Positions 1-9,147 of a stretch of DNA of 64,000 nucleotides are shown one piece after another. The DNA is taken from assembly GCA_963696385.1 (NCBI GenBank), contig CAVOKF010000003.1:448001-512000 (forward strand), written 5' to 3'. Source of the stretch: an uncultured delta proteobacterium. GTDB taxonomy: Bacteria; Myxococcota_A; Polyangia; Polyangiales; Polyangiaceae. The translations under genes were made by a program, and so were the position numbers. Under the pieces are notes generated by a model that searched no databases, had not been told where the DNA came from, and worked only from the letters and a program-made list of their open reading frames with translations. The number at the start of each line of letters is the position of its first letter. The first letter of the stretch is position 1.

Positions 1-790
1 CTGGACGCGCGGCCATCGCGCGGTGAACCAGCCCGGCGATTTCGCGTGGAGTCTCTGCGGCGGCCTGGACGAGCGGCACGACATCCCCCCGCTCCACCTT
101 GACGGCGATGACGCGCGCGTCGTCGCCGCCCACCGGTCGCACGCCGGCGATCATCTCGTACAGCATGACACCAACCGCGTAGAGATCGGACCGGGCATCG
201 ACCCGGTCCGCGCTTCGCGCTTGCTCCGGCGCCATGTACTCGGCCGTTCCCATCACGACACCGGCAACGGTCAGGTTTCTTTGTTGGAGCTCTGTGCGGC
301 GAACCTTTGCGATGCCAAAGTCGATCAGCTTGAGAATGGGCTTGCCGGCGGCAAACGTCACAAGCACGTTCTCGGGCTTGAGATCCCGGTGGATGACGCC
401 AAGCGCGTGTGCAGCCTCGAGCGCACGGAGGATCTGCCCGGCGTACTCGCACGCGGTCGCTACGGCGAGCCTTCGCTGTCGATCCAGAATGCTCGACAGC
501 GACTCGCCCTCGAGCAGCTCCATGACGATGTACGCATGCCCATCCGGCGTGCGATCGACGTCGGTCACCTGAACGACGTGTGGGCTTCGAATCTGCGCGG
601 CGACGCGCGCCTCTTGCAGGAAACGCTCGACGAGGCCGGTCCGCCGTCCGAGCTCCGGGTGAAGGAGTTTGACCGCCACGCGAGTTCCGAGCATGGCGTG
701 CTGTGCTTCGTAAACGGAACCCATTCCGCCGTCGCCCAGCGGGCGCACGAGCCGGTACTTTCCGTTGATGACGCTACCGACATCGATCAC
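1..790 (-). CDS. Ser/Thr protein kinase (Hanks type), N-terminal part; runs off the window start
   Basis: My minus-strand translation from GTG at 790 gives LGDGGMGSVY, VAVK, HRDLKPEN, DFGIAK, GTAEYMAPEQ, SDLYAVG. The ORF 23..811 (+) is its antisense shadow. Confidence 0.93.
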   Translation of the reverse strand, partial: MIDVGSVINGKYRLVRPLGDGGMGSVYEAQHAMLGTRVAVKLLHPELGRRTGLVERFLQEARVAAQIRSPHVVQVTDVDRTPDGHAYIVMELLEGESLSSILDRQRRLAVATACEYAGQILRALEAAHALGVIHRDLKPENVLVTFAAGKPILKLIDFGIAKVRRTELQQRNLTVAGVVMGTAEYMAPEQARSADRVDARSDLYAVGVMLYEMIAGVRPVGGDDARVIAVKVERGDVVPLVQAAAETPREIAGLVHRAMAARP

Positions 791-833
791 GACAAACTCG
801 CGCCAGCCTAGCACCGCCTCGCCGTCGGCAACG

Positions 834-1961
834 TTACGCCGCTCGCTTGACCCACTCTCGTTCGCCCAAGATGCGGCCGACCGTATCGGCGTCGGCGATG
901 GCCGCGAATACGGGGCGTAATCCCTCGACGGCGGTCTCCTCGCTGCCGAACGCGCCGCTCGGCGCCAGGGCCCTCGCCTGGGGTCCGTCGAGCACGAGAA
1001 ACACGTCGTGCAACTTCTTCGAGGGTGCGTCGATGACGTACGCGATGTGTGAGCGATCGAGCGATAGCTCCTCTTCGCCGCGCCGGATGAGGACGCGGGC
1101 ATCGGTGACGAAGTACCGCGTTTGACGCGCGAGACGCATCGGGCGCAGGAAAGCGGCATCGGCAACGCCCGCTGCGACCGTCAGCAGCAGCAGCATACCG
1201 AGCCCCACACCAGCGACCAAGACTACGGCCATTGCCGGGCTCAATGTGTGCAGACGAAGCACGCGGGCCAACGAAGGGACGCCGCGGAGCATCGAGCGGA
1301 CGAACATGAGAAGCAAGAAGGCGCCGATTGCCCCCGTGGCCGCCCGCCGACCGGTCCACGGCGACGCGAGAGGGGCGGCCGACCAAAGGACTCGCTCCCC
1401 GGGATCCAGGCGCTGCGCGAGGGGTCGCTCGCCACTTCCGAGCGGGGCGCTCGGCTCGACGCCTCGGATCAATGCCCACAGCCGGTCGGGGGCGGAAACG
1501 TCGTGGAGCGTCAACGACAGCGTTCGACGCAGTGCCCCGGTCGGAACGGCGCGGACGAGCACGAGGTCGCCGAGTGAAGGATCCCCCGTGTTCCAGCGCG
1601 TCAGAGCATAACTGATTTGCCGGCTCTCGATCGATCGGCGGATGCGGCCGCGCTGCCAAATTACGTGGCGCTCGGTCACTACGTACTCCACTTGGGATCG
1701 CCACCATACGGGGACGCGCCAGATCGCGAGCCCGATTCCGGCGCACCAAGCGGCAAAAACCACCATTCCCCCTACCGGTAGCTCGAGCGACTTCGAGACC
1801 ACGACGGCGTAGCAAAGAGTGACCGCCGCGACGACCGCAGATCCGGCCGCCATCGCTTTCTGTGCAAAAGGGACCGATAGCCCCTGGCAGCGCCCTTGCC
1901 AGAGGATGCGCTCGCCGTAGAGCGAGTCTCGAGACATCAAGAGAAACCTTGCGCTTCGCAC
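834..1961 (-). CDS. Membrane protein with two bacterial PH-like (bPH_2) repeats
   Basis: Two repeats of GERILW/GERVLW, TM helices, then YVVTERH/YFVTDAR. Start may be at about 1937. Confidence 0.65.
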   Translation of the reverse strand: MRSARFLLMSRDSLYGERILWQGRCQGLSVPFAQKAMAAGSAVVAAVTLCYAVVVSKSLELPVGGMVVFAAWCAGIGLAIWRVPVWWRSQVEYVVTERHVIWQRGRIRRSIESRQISYALTRWNTGDPSLGDLVLVRAVPTGALRRTLSLTLHDVSAPDRLWALIRGVEPSAPLGSGERPLAQRLDPGERVLWSAAPLASPWTGRRAATGAIGAFLLLMFVRSMLRGVPSLARVLRLHTLSPAMAVVLVAGVGLGMLLLLTVAAGVADAAFLRPMRLARQTRYFVTDARVLIRRGEEELSLDRSHIAYVIDAPSKKLHDVFLVLDGPQARALAPSGAFGSEETAVEGLRPVFAAIADADTVGRILGEREWVKRAA

Positions 1962-1994
1962 CGCCGCCTGTCCAGGGGACGCGTGCAGTTCCAG

Positions 1995-2984
1995 TCAGCT
2001 TGGAAGAGGGCGGGCCGGGAACCGCTCTCTCGCGCCCCGGGCATAGGCCCGTTTGACCAGCGCGTCGCATAGCCGCGGCATGGCCCAGCCTGCGGCCGCA
2101 CCGGCTTCAGGGAACAGGCTCGTAGGTGTCATTCCTGGCAGGGTGTTGACCTCCAGGAGGGTGACCGCAGCGGATGCACCATCGTCGCCGACGATGAAAT
2201 CGACCCGCGATAGGTCCCTGCAGCCGAGCTCGCGATGGGCCTCGATGGCGACCTGGCGAACGGCCTCGAGAACGTCGGGCGGCAGTTGCGCCGGGCAGAC
2301 ATGCACGCTTCGCCCCGGCGCGTAGCGCGCCTCGTACGTGTAGAACGCCTCGCCGGGAGAGAGGATCTCCGTCGGCGGCAAGGCCATTGGCTCGCCCAGG
2401 TCGAGAACCCCGCAGGTCACTTCTCGGCCGCGCGCGAAGTGCTCGACCACGGCAACATCGTCGATGGCCCACGCTTGCTCGATCGCGCTGGCGAGATCCT
2501 CGAGCGGGGACGCAGCCTCGAGCCGCGTGACGCCAATCGCTGATCCGTGCGACGACGGTTTGACGACCAGCCGCGCACCGACCTCACGACGGGCCCGCGC
2601 GGCTGCGGCACGCGCGTCGCCCCGCGATACGGCAATTCCCCGCGCGGCGGGAAGGCCCGCCCGCTCGAACAGGACTCGCGCCACGTGCTTGTGCATGGCG
2701 AGCGCGCTCGCAAGGACACCCGATCCGACGTAGGGCAGGTCGAGCACCTCGATGAGTCCTTGAACGGCGCCATCCTCGCCGACATGGCCATGAGCGACCG
2801 GGAAGACGACGTCATAGCCACCCGTGCGGAGCGATTCACCGAGAAATGCGTCCAGCTCCAGTCGCACCGCTCGATGTCCGGCCTCCACGAGCGCCCGCGC
2901 GACCCCGGTCGCAGACGCACGGCTGACTTCGGCCTCCGTGGACGGCCCGCCTTGAATGACGGCGACGGTCAGACTCTTGGGCAC
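1995..2984 (-). CDS. ddl: D-alanine--D-alanine ligase
   Basis: GGPSTEAEVS, HGHVGEDG, KPSSHGSAIGV, EVNTLPGMTPTSLFP; GTG start at 2984. Confidence 0.95.
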   Translation of the reverse strand: MPKSLTVAVIQGGPSTEAEVSRASATGVARALVEAGHRAVRLELDAFLGESLRTGGYDVVFPVAHGHVGEDGAVQGLIEVLDLPYVGSGVLASALAMHKHVARVLFERAGLPAARGIAVSRGDARAAAARARREVGARLVVKPSSHGSAIGVTRLEAASPLEDLASAIEQAWAIDDVAVVEHFARGREVTCGVLDLGEPMALPPTEILSPGEAFYTYEARYAPGRSVHVCPAQLPPDVLEAVRQVAIEAHRELGCRDLSRVDFIVGDDGASAAVTLLEVNTLPGMTPTSLFPEAGAAAGWAMPRLCDALVKRAYARGARERFPARPLPS

Positions 2985-3019
2985 GCGCGGCTCCTCGTGG
3001 TGGCTTGGTGGCCGACCGC

Positions 3020-3487
3020 TCACTGCGGCCGACTGCCGCCCGACGTCGTCCTGGGCTTCAGCGCGGCCGACATGTCCACGAGCTCGATGCCCAGCTGCTT
3101 GCTGAAGTCGAAGATCCTCGGATCGCGATAAAACTCTCCGAAGTGCACGCGGACAATCCCCGCGTTGGCGATGAGCCGAAAGCATCCCCAACACGGGCTC
3201 GCCGTGACGTACATCGAAGCCCCCTCAATGCGCACTCCATGGCGCGCAGCCTGGACGATCGCGTTCGCCTCGGCGTGCACCGTGCGAACGCAATGCCCGT
3301 CCTCCATCAGGTGGCCGTCGTCGTCGCAGTGGGCAAGACCCCGGATGCTGCCGTTGTAGCCCGTCGCGAGAATGCTCTTGTCGCGGACGATGACAGCCCC
3401 GACAAACTTGCGATCGCAGGTCGAGCGGGTGGACACCTCGTGCGCGATGTTCATGAAATACTCGTTCCACGAGGCGCGCTCGCGCAT
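3020..3487 (-). CDS. dCMP deaminase / ComEB family zinc deaminase
   Basis: RSTC, GYNG, HAEANA and PCWGC zinc motifs; ATG at 3487. Confidence 0.92.
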   Translation of the reverse strand: MRERASWNEYFMNIAHEVSTRSTCDRKFVGAVIVRDKSILATGYNGSIRGLAHCDDDGHLMEDGHCVRTVHAEANAIVQAARHGVRIEGASMYVTASPCWGCFRLIANAGIVRVHFGEFYRDPRIFDFSKQLGIELVDMSAALKPRTTSGGSRPQ

Positions 3488-3748
3488 GGCCAACGGTACC
3501 ACGAAAGACGCCTGCTTGGACCGCTCCGAGGAACGCGAAGTCGCGCCCCCCTGGCGCGGTTCCGACCCGGATCTCTCATCCCCCAGCCAACATGGCGTCC
3601 AGCAAGTCATGCACTCGACTCCGGGCGCGCTCCTCGCGTCGCGACGCGACGCGGTTGCGGCCCGAGCCGATCCCTCGTCCGCCGACACCGCGCACTGCGC
3701 TCCCCGAAGTAGATCCCTCCCTGAGCCTGGCGTAAAGAGCGGGACGCG

Positions 3749-4270
3749 ATGTCTCGGAAGCCTCTCCATGCCGCCGTCGTTGCGTTCGTCATCTCGCTAG
3801 CCCTCGTGATTTCGCTTCCTCTTCGAGCCGACGGAGATCCCCAAGCCCTTATCCACGGGCTCGAACACGATGTCGCGCATCGTTGCGTCACGGCCGAAGC
3901 CCTTTCGAACGCGCGCGACGCGCTCGAGCGGGCGCGTCGCTTCCGCGACCTCCACGACGACCCGCGCGCGCGGAACGCCGAGGCCCTGGCCCGCGAATGG
4001 GCCGAGGTTGGCCGAGACCTGGCTCGCGCCGTCGACGCTGAGGGACACGCCGCGCAAATACGGCGCCGAGCGATGGAGAGCCAAGCTCGACTCGAGCGTA
4101 CCCGAGCGCTCGTCGATGAAGCCGTGGCGCGCATCGGACGGCTGCAGGCCGAGATCGCGGAAACTCAGGGACCCAACGACCGTGCGATCGCTGCCGCAGG
4201 GGCCGACGGCGGCGTCGCGTCCCCGCCGCCCCCGATCCCCCAGCCAACCCCGGAGATCAAGAAGCCGTGA
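3749..4270 (+). CDS. Secreted coiled-coil hypothetical protein
   Basis: Signal-like N-terminus, helical Ala/Glu/Arg body; overlaps the next gene (GTGA). Confidence 0.65.
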   Translation: MSRKPLHAAVVAFVISLALVISLPLRADGDPQALIHGLEHDVAHRCVTAEALSNARDALERARRFRDLHDDPRARNAEALAREWAEVGRDLARAVDAEGHAAQIRRRAMESQARLERTRALVDEAVARIGRLQAEIAETQGPNDRAIAAAGADGGVASPPPPIPQPTPEIKKP

Positions 4271-5361
4271 GGGGCCTCGTCGCGGTGGCGATCGCGGCGA
4301 GCGGCGCAGTCGCCTGCGGCGCGCCGGCGATACGCGTCCCCTCGGTCGACGACCTCGATCGCGTGCGCACGACGGAAACGATGCGGGAGGCGGCAGCGCT
4401 CGCCCCGGACCTCTACGCCCGCGCCGAATTCGAGCGCCAGTTGGCCCGGCACGCCCACGCGACCGGGGACGACATCGACGCGAACCTGCACGCCGAGGAT
4501 GCGCTGGCCGCTTACACGCACGCCTTCGCGGTCGCTCGCATTTCGCGGGCTGCCGCCGAGCTGGCGGACGCCCAGAAGGCGCTCGACGCGGCAACCGGAG
4601 AGGAGCCCTCGCTCGACGCCGCGCGCGCGAAGCTCGAGAGCGACGCCGAGCAGCTCGAGAAACGGGTCCAAGCGATCCGCGACCGTCCCCTCGGGACGCC
4701 CAACGGCAAAGATTCCGCCGAGCGCGAGGCCGCGCGATGGGCGCAAGCCCGATCGCTGGTCGTCGAAGCGCGGCTCATCTGCGACGCCGCGCGCCTGATC
4801 GCATCCGGGCAAGACGATGTCGTCGGCGCACAGCGCGACGTGGCCGCGCAGGCCAAGCGGATTGCCGAAGCGCCGCGATCGGTGCCGATCGACCTTGCCG
4901 CGCATCTCCGCGCCCGATGTCTCGACGTTCTCACTCGCGTGCGCCGAACGACCGTCGACGCCGTCGGGCGAACCGACACTCTTCTGTCCGACCTTTCCGC
5001 GAGCGGAGGCTGGGATCCCGCACGAGACGAGCGCGGCGTCATCATCACGTTGCGCGACGCTTACCGTGGGCTGCAGTTGAACGAGGCCGCCGCCGGAAGA
5101 CTACACGAGCTGGGGCGGATCGCAGCGGCTCACCCTGCGTTCGCGATCCAGGTCGTCGTTCACGACGCTTCGGCGCCGCGCACGGACGCGGGCGACTTGC
5201 GGCGCGGCCAAGCGGCGGTTCAGGCCCTGCTGTCGGGCGGAGCCGTCCCGTCGAGAGTGCAAACCGAGCTCGCACACGCCGACGACCCCATCGCCGATCC
5301 CGGCGATCCGCGTCAGCGGGGGTATAATGAACGGCTCGACGTCGTTTTCGTGGGCCCGTGA
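4267..5361 (+). CDS. Lipoprotein, coiled coil plus OmpA-like C-terminal domain
   Basis: Lipobox AVAC; DERGVIITL and terminal NERLDVVFV resemble OmpA/MotB C-domains. Confidence 0.65.
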   Translation: MRGLVAVAIAASGAVACGAPAIRVPSVDDLDRVRTTETMREAAALAPDLYARAEFERQLARHAHATGDDIDANLHAEDALAAYTHAFAVARISRAAAELADAQKALDAATGEEPSLDAARAKLESDAEQLEKRVQAIRDRPLGTPNGKDSAEREAARWAQARSLVVEARLICDAARLIASGQDDVVGAQRDVAAQAKRIAEAPRSVPIDLAAHLRARCLDVLTRVRRTTVDAVGRTDTLLSDLSASGGWDPARDERGVIITLRDAYRGLQLNEAAAGRLHELGRIAAAHPAFAIQVVVHDASAPRTDAGDLRRGQAAVQALLSGGAVPSRVQTELAHADDPIADPGDPRQRGYNERLDVVFVGP

Positions 5362-5474
5362 CACGCGATCTCTTGGTCCTACCTTGAGACAGGGCCGAGC
5401 CGACGAAATCCGGGGGTCGATGAGTCTTGGTCCGATCGTCCACCGGCGCCGGTGGGACGGCGGACCGACACGGC

Positions 5475-6191
5475 CTAAAGGCTCGACGTCGCGGGCTCCA
5501 TCACGAGCTTGTAGCCCAAACCGTAGACGGTCAGAATGTGCTGCGGCTTATCCGGGCTTGTTTCGATCTTCTTTCGGAGTTTCACGATGAAGTTATCGAC
5601 CGTCCGATTGGTCGACGACGTCTCGAGGCCCCAGATCTTCGAGAGCATTTCGTCGCGGCTCACGGGCTGTCCCGCACGCTCCGCGAGCATGCGGAGCAGT
5701 TCGACTTCGTAGAACGACAGCGTGTGCTCGCGGCCGCGCGACGTGAGGGTCTGCGACGCGAGGTGGACGAGCGAATGGCCGATCGTGAGCGTCTCGGGCA
5801 CGTTCGCCGCAGCGCGAGAAGCGCGGCGGAAGATGGCCCGCATCCGCGCGATGAGCTCGTTCACGCTGAACGGCTTGGTGACGTAGTCGTCGGCGCCCGA
5901 GTCGAGGCCGCGAATCTTATCCATTTCCTGCGACCGAGCGGTCAGCATGACGATGGGCACGTGCGGGCGAATGCGCCGGAGCTGCTCGCAGACCGCGTAC
6001 CCGTTCAAGTCGGGGAGCATCAAATCCAAAATCACGGCATCCGGCGCTTCCGTGCGCGCGAGCGATACCCCCTCGTGCCCCTTGCCTGCCGAGATGACCC
6101 GAAAGCCCTCGAACTCGAGGGCGTCACGCAGCCCCAGAACGATGTGCGGCTCGTCGTCGACGACGAGGATGGTCTTCTTCGCCGTCGTCAT
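5475..6191 (-). CDS. OmpR/PhoB-family response regulator
   Basis: ILVVDDE, LDLMLP, GADDYVTKPF, TVYGLGYK. Confidence 0.95.
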   Translation of the reverse strand: MTTAKKTILVVDDEPHIVLGLRDALEFEGFRVISAGKGHEGVSLARTEAPDAVILDLMLPDLNGYAVCEQLRRIRPHVPIVMLTARSQEMDKIRGLDSGADDYVTKPFSVNELIARMRAIFRRASRAAANVPETLTIGHSLVHLASQTLTSRGREHTLSFYEVELLRMLAERAGQPVSRDEMLSKIWGLETSSTNRTVDNFIVKLRKKIETSPDKPQHILTVYGLGYKLVMEPATSSL

Positions 6192-6262
6192 CCGTTGGGA
6201 GCTTACCTATACCTCACCCGGACAGCGGACGTGACGTCCAGCCACGGCCGTTCGGTGCAGCG

Positions 6263-8881
6263 TCAGTGTCCCGCGCCGGCCGTGGTGATGCTCTGCTCGA
6301 TGCACTGCAAGCTCGCCGTCGCACCCTGGGGCGGCGATCCGGTCGGGAAAATAATGGCCTGCGCACACCCTTTGACGCCGGTGACGTAGCACCAGCCCGG
6401 ATCGGTCGTCTCCGACTCGCAGGACCCGTTCGTGAAGTCGGCGCCGCTCGCCAAGACGCCGGGCGACGACGTGCCGGTCGGGATGAGTTGCTGAAGAACA
6501 CAGACCGACTGTGCGGCCGGATCCTGCACCCCGGACTTTTTGCCGCCGTTGGCCATGTACGTGGCCTCGGCCGTTGCGCAGAACTTGGTGAGAACGGCGG
6601 ACTCCGGCACGCTCAGGCCGCCGGCCGTGCACGTCGGATTCAGACACGTGCCGTCGTTGTTCGAGGGCATCTGGACGAGAATCAAGCACGGAACGGCCGC
6701 CGATCCCCCAGTCCCGGCGGCGAGCGGCTCGGGCAAGCACTGATTCGTCAGGGCATTCTTCAGCCGGTTGATGATCGTCGCGACCGCGGGCCGATAGCCG
6801 TAGTTGGGATCATCGCCCGTCATGTTGTCCGCCACGTCGATGGGGCAGAGCGACGAGACGATCCCTTGATTGCCCAGCAGGCGCGCCACCTGAAGCTCGC
6901 GGATCGTAGGATAGGCCTTCGCCGACACTTGCTGGGTCGGAGTCTGCGCGTTGCATAGCGGAGGAACTTCATCGGGGGTGAGACCGGTGGCAACACCCGG
7001 ACAGTCGCACTGGTAGTTGTTCTGGGTCTGCGTGCAGTCGCGTGGGGTCGCGAGCGGGAAGATGCACGCGTATTCCCGGTCGACCGCCAACACGTGCGGC
7101 GCGTAGGGCGTCATGCTCGTCGCGACGTACGGCATATTGGTCGTCCATTCGCGGCCATTCGTCGCGTCCGTTCCGTTCGCCGAGTTCGCCGCCGCAAGAG
7201 GATTGGTGCCCCCGGAATCGAAGGTCACGCCCGTGATGGTGGTTCGATCCACGTACGATTCGTACATGTGCGGATCGATCCCGTTGTAGTCGAAATTCGA
7301 CGGATCGTTGGACGGCGTGCTGATGGTGACAGTCGCGGGGCCTTGGCCGAGAATCCTCACCCAGTCGTTCTGGTTCAGCTGGCTATTTTGCGCGCTGTTC
7401 GGATCAAAATGCAGGAGTTTGTTCGGAACACCGCCGATGATCGCGTAGAAGATGAGGTCCGACGTGCGCGTCCCGACCTGGAGATTGCACAGGGTGGACG
7501 CCGAGATGTTCCCCGTGAGGGTCGCGCCGCTCGGAAGACTCGCCGCGAAGAGCGGGTTGGTGCAGTCGTTGGTGCCCACGTAGTAGTTCGCTCCTGCCGG
7601 ATACTCCCCCGCGCGATCCGGAACGACCGGCGACGACAGCCCGATGACGTACCGCTGCCACGGATACTGCGGGTCGATGCCGTACTTCGCCCGCATGTGC
7701 ACGTGCCGAAGGTTCGGGTCGTAGCCCCAATCGTTGAGCGCCGTGTACCGGGTCCCGGTATTTCCTTGCGTCGTGCATTTCGGATCGGACGGGCCGGTTC
7801 CCCCGTTGCCCCCCGTGCACTCGGGCGTGCCCATCGGCGGGTCGAAGCCCGCCCCCATGAAGAGGTAGCCGGCCCCGCCGAGCGACCGAACGTCAATCTC
7901 CGAGTCGTTCTCGTCGCTGAGGACAATCACGGCCACAAGCGAGTCCGGACGCAGAAAGTCGGCCCGCTCTTGCAAAATCGTCGTGTCGACCCCGCTCCAC
8001 TGGGCTTGATCGTTGCCCGTGCCGCCGACGACTAGGCTCGCATACGGGTCCGGCTGAACGAGGAAGCGATACCAGCTCTCGAGCTGCGATTCGATGCCGC
8101 AGCCGTAGATGCCGGCGCCCTGCACCATCTCCGTGAAGTCGCCGACCAAGGTGCCAGGCATGCCCGGCATGCCCTGCGAGGGCTCCGGCATCAATCCGGT
8201 AGGAAGGGGGTTGGCCACTCCCATGTTCGCGGCGGTCTGCGGAAACCAGTCGAGAAACCCGCTCGGCGAAGGCATGTACGACGCCACGACCGCGTTGGCG
8301 ACACTGCCTTCGGTGGCCGTGGCCATCCCGGCACCGTAGGTCAGTGAACGCGCGATGAGGTGCCCTTGGTCGTCGTTGTGGGCGGAGAGGTTTTGAAAGG
8401 GCGCCGATGCCATGAGGCTCGCCTGGCAGATGATCTCACCGCCTTGGCCCGGCTGCTGGTCGCTCAGCCGCTGGCCCAACGACGATGTCACAATGCCGAG
8501 GTGCAGGTTATGCACCGCCGGAAATTCGGGCTGGGTGTTCGGGTACATCGCGCAACTCGCCACGCCGTTGGCAATCGTCGAAGGCCCGGAGGAGATCGTC
8601 CCGGTCGCGTTATCGACGCAATTGGGCGTCAACAGGCGACTGATGAGGTCGGGAATGGCTTGAGCCAGATAGGTCTGCTTGTCGCCCATCGACGCCGAAT
8701 TATCGATGTCGAAGAGGATGTCGATCTTGTCGACGCTCTGATTGCGAACCGTGCTCGTGAAGTTGGTGCTCGTCTGCGGCTCGGACGTCGCCACCGGCCG
8801 CGACAGACAGCCCCCGGCCACGATGCCGAAGCCGGCGACAAACAACGCGGCGAGCGCACCATGCCTGATCATTGCATTCAT
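6263..8881 (-). CDS. Large Cys-rich myxobacterial lipoprotein with vWA/MIDAS-like motif
   Basis: Lipobox VAGGC; DILFDIDNSASM (DxSxS), GCGIESQLES, FLRPDSLVAVIVLSDEND; many Cys. Confidence 0.8.
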   Translation of the reverse strand: MNAMIRHGALAALFVAGFGIVAGGCLSRPVATSEPQTSTNFTSTVRNQSVDKIDILFDIDNSASMGDKQTYLAQAIPDLISRLLTPNCVDNATGTISSGPSTIANGVASCAMYPNTQPEFPAVHNLHLGIVTSSLGQRLSDQQPGQGGEIICQASLMASAPFQNLSAHNDDQGHLIARSLTYGAGMATATEGSVANAVVASYMPSPSGFLDWFPQTAANMGVANPLPTGLMPEPSQGMPGMPGTLVGDFTEMVQGAGIYGCGIESQLESWYRFLVQPDPYASLVVGGTGNDQAQWSGVDTTILQERADFLRPDSLVAVIVLSDENDSEIDVRSLGGAGYLFMGAGFDPPMGTPECTGGNGGTGPSDPKCTTQGNTGTRYTALNDWGYDPNLRHVHMRAKYGIDPQYPWQRYVIGLSSPVVPDRAGEYPAGANYYVGTNDCTNPLFAASLPSGATLTGNISASTLCNLQVGTRTSDLIFYAIIGGVPNKLLHFDPNSAQNSQLNQNDWVRILGQGPATVTISTPSNDPSNFDYNGIDPHMYESYVDRTTITGVTFDSGGTNPLAAANSANGTDATNGREWTTNMPYVATSMTPYAPHVLAVDREYACIFPLATPRDCTQTQNNYQCDCPGVATGLTPDEVPPLCNAQTPTQQVSAKAYPTIRELQVARLLGNQGIVSSLCPIDVADNMTGDDPNYGYRPAVATIINRLKNALTNQCLPEPLAAGTGGSAAVPCLILVQMPSNNDGTCLNPTCTAGGLSVPESAVLTKFCATAEATYMANGGKKSGVQDPAAQSVCVLQQLIPTGTSSPGVLASGADFTNGSCESETTDPGWCYVTGVKGCAQAIIFPTGSPPQGATASLQCIEQSITTAGAGH

Positions 8882-9147
8882 GAATCGTTGCTCCTCACAA
8901 GACGACGTTCGCGCGACGACCCGTCGCCGCGCCACTCACTCAATCGCACACGAACCCGCACGCGACGGCTCGGGACAAGCGCGATGCGGTCCGTAAACTA
9001 CCACAGAACCACGCCCGCTTGGGACGAACACCACACCCGTATGAGCCGCAAGCCGACCGCTCGTTGCGACCGCGCGGCCGATCGGGAAGCATGGTTCGTG
9101 CCTCTCTCGGAAGGGCCTCTAAATGAGAGAGAGGCCGCCCCGTGTAG

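Noticed and set aside
23..811. 262-aa plus-strand ORF, and many similar long Arg/Ala-rich ORFs across the window
   Set aside because: Antisense or off-frame shadows of real high-GC genes; here the minus strand encodes a clear kinase.
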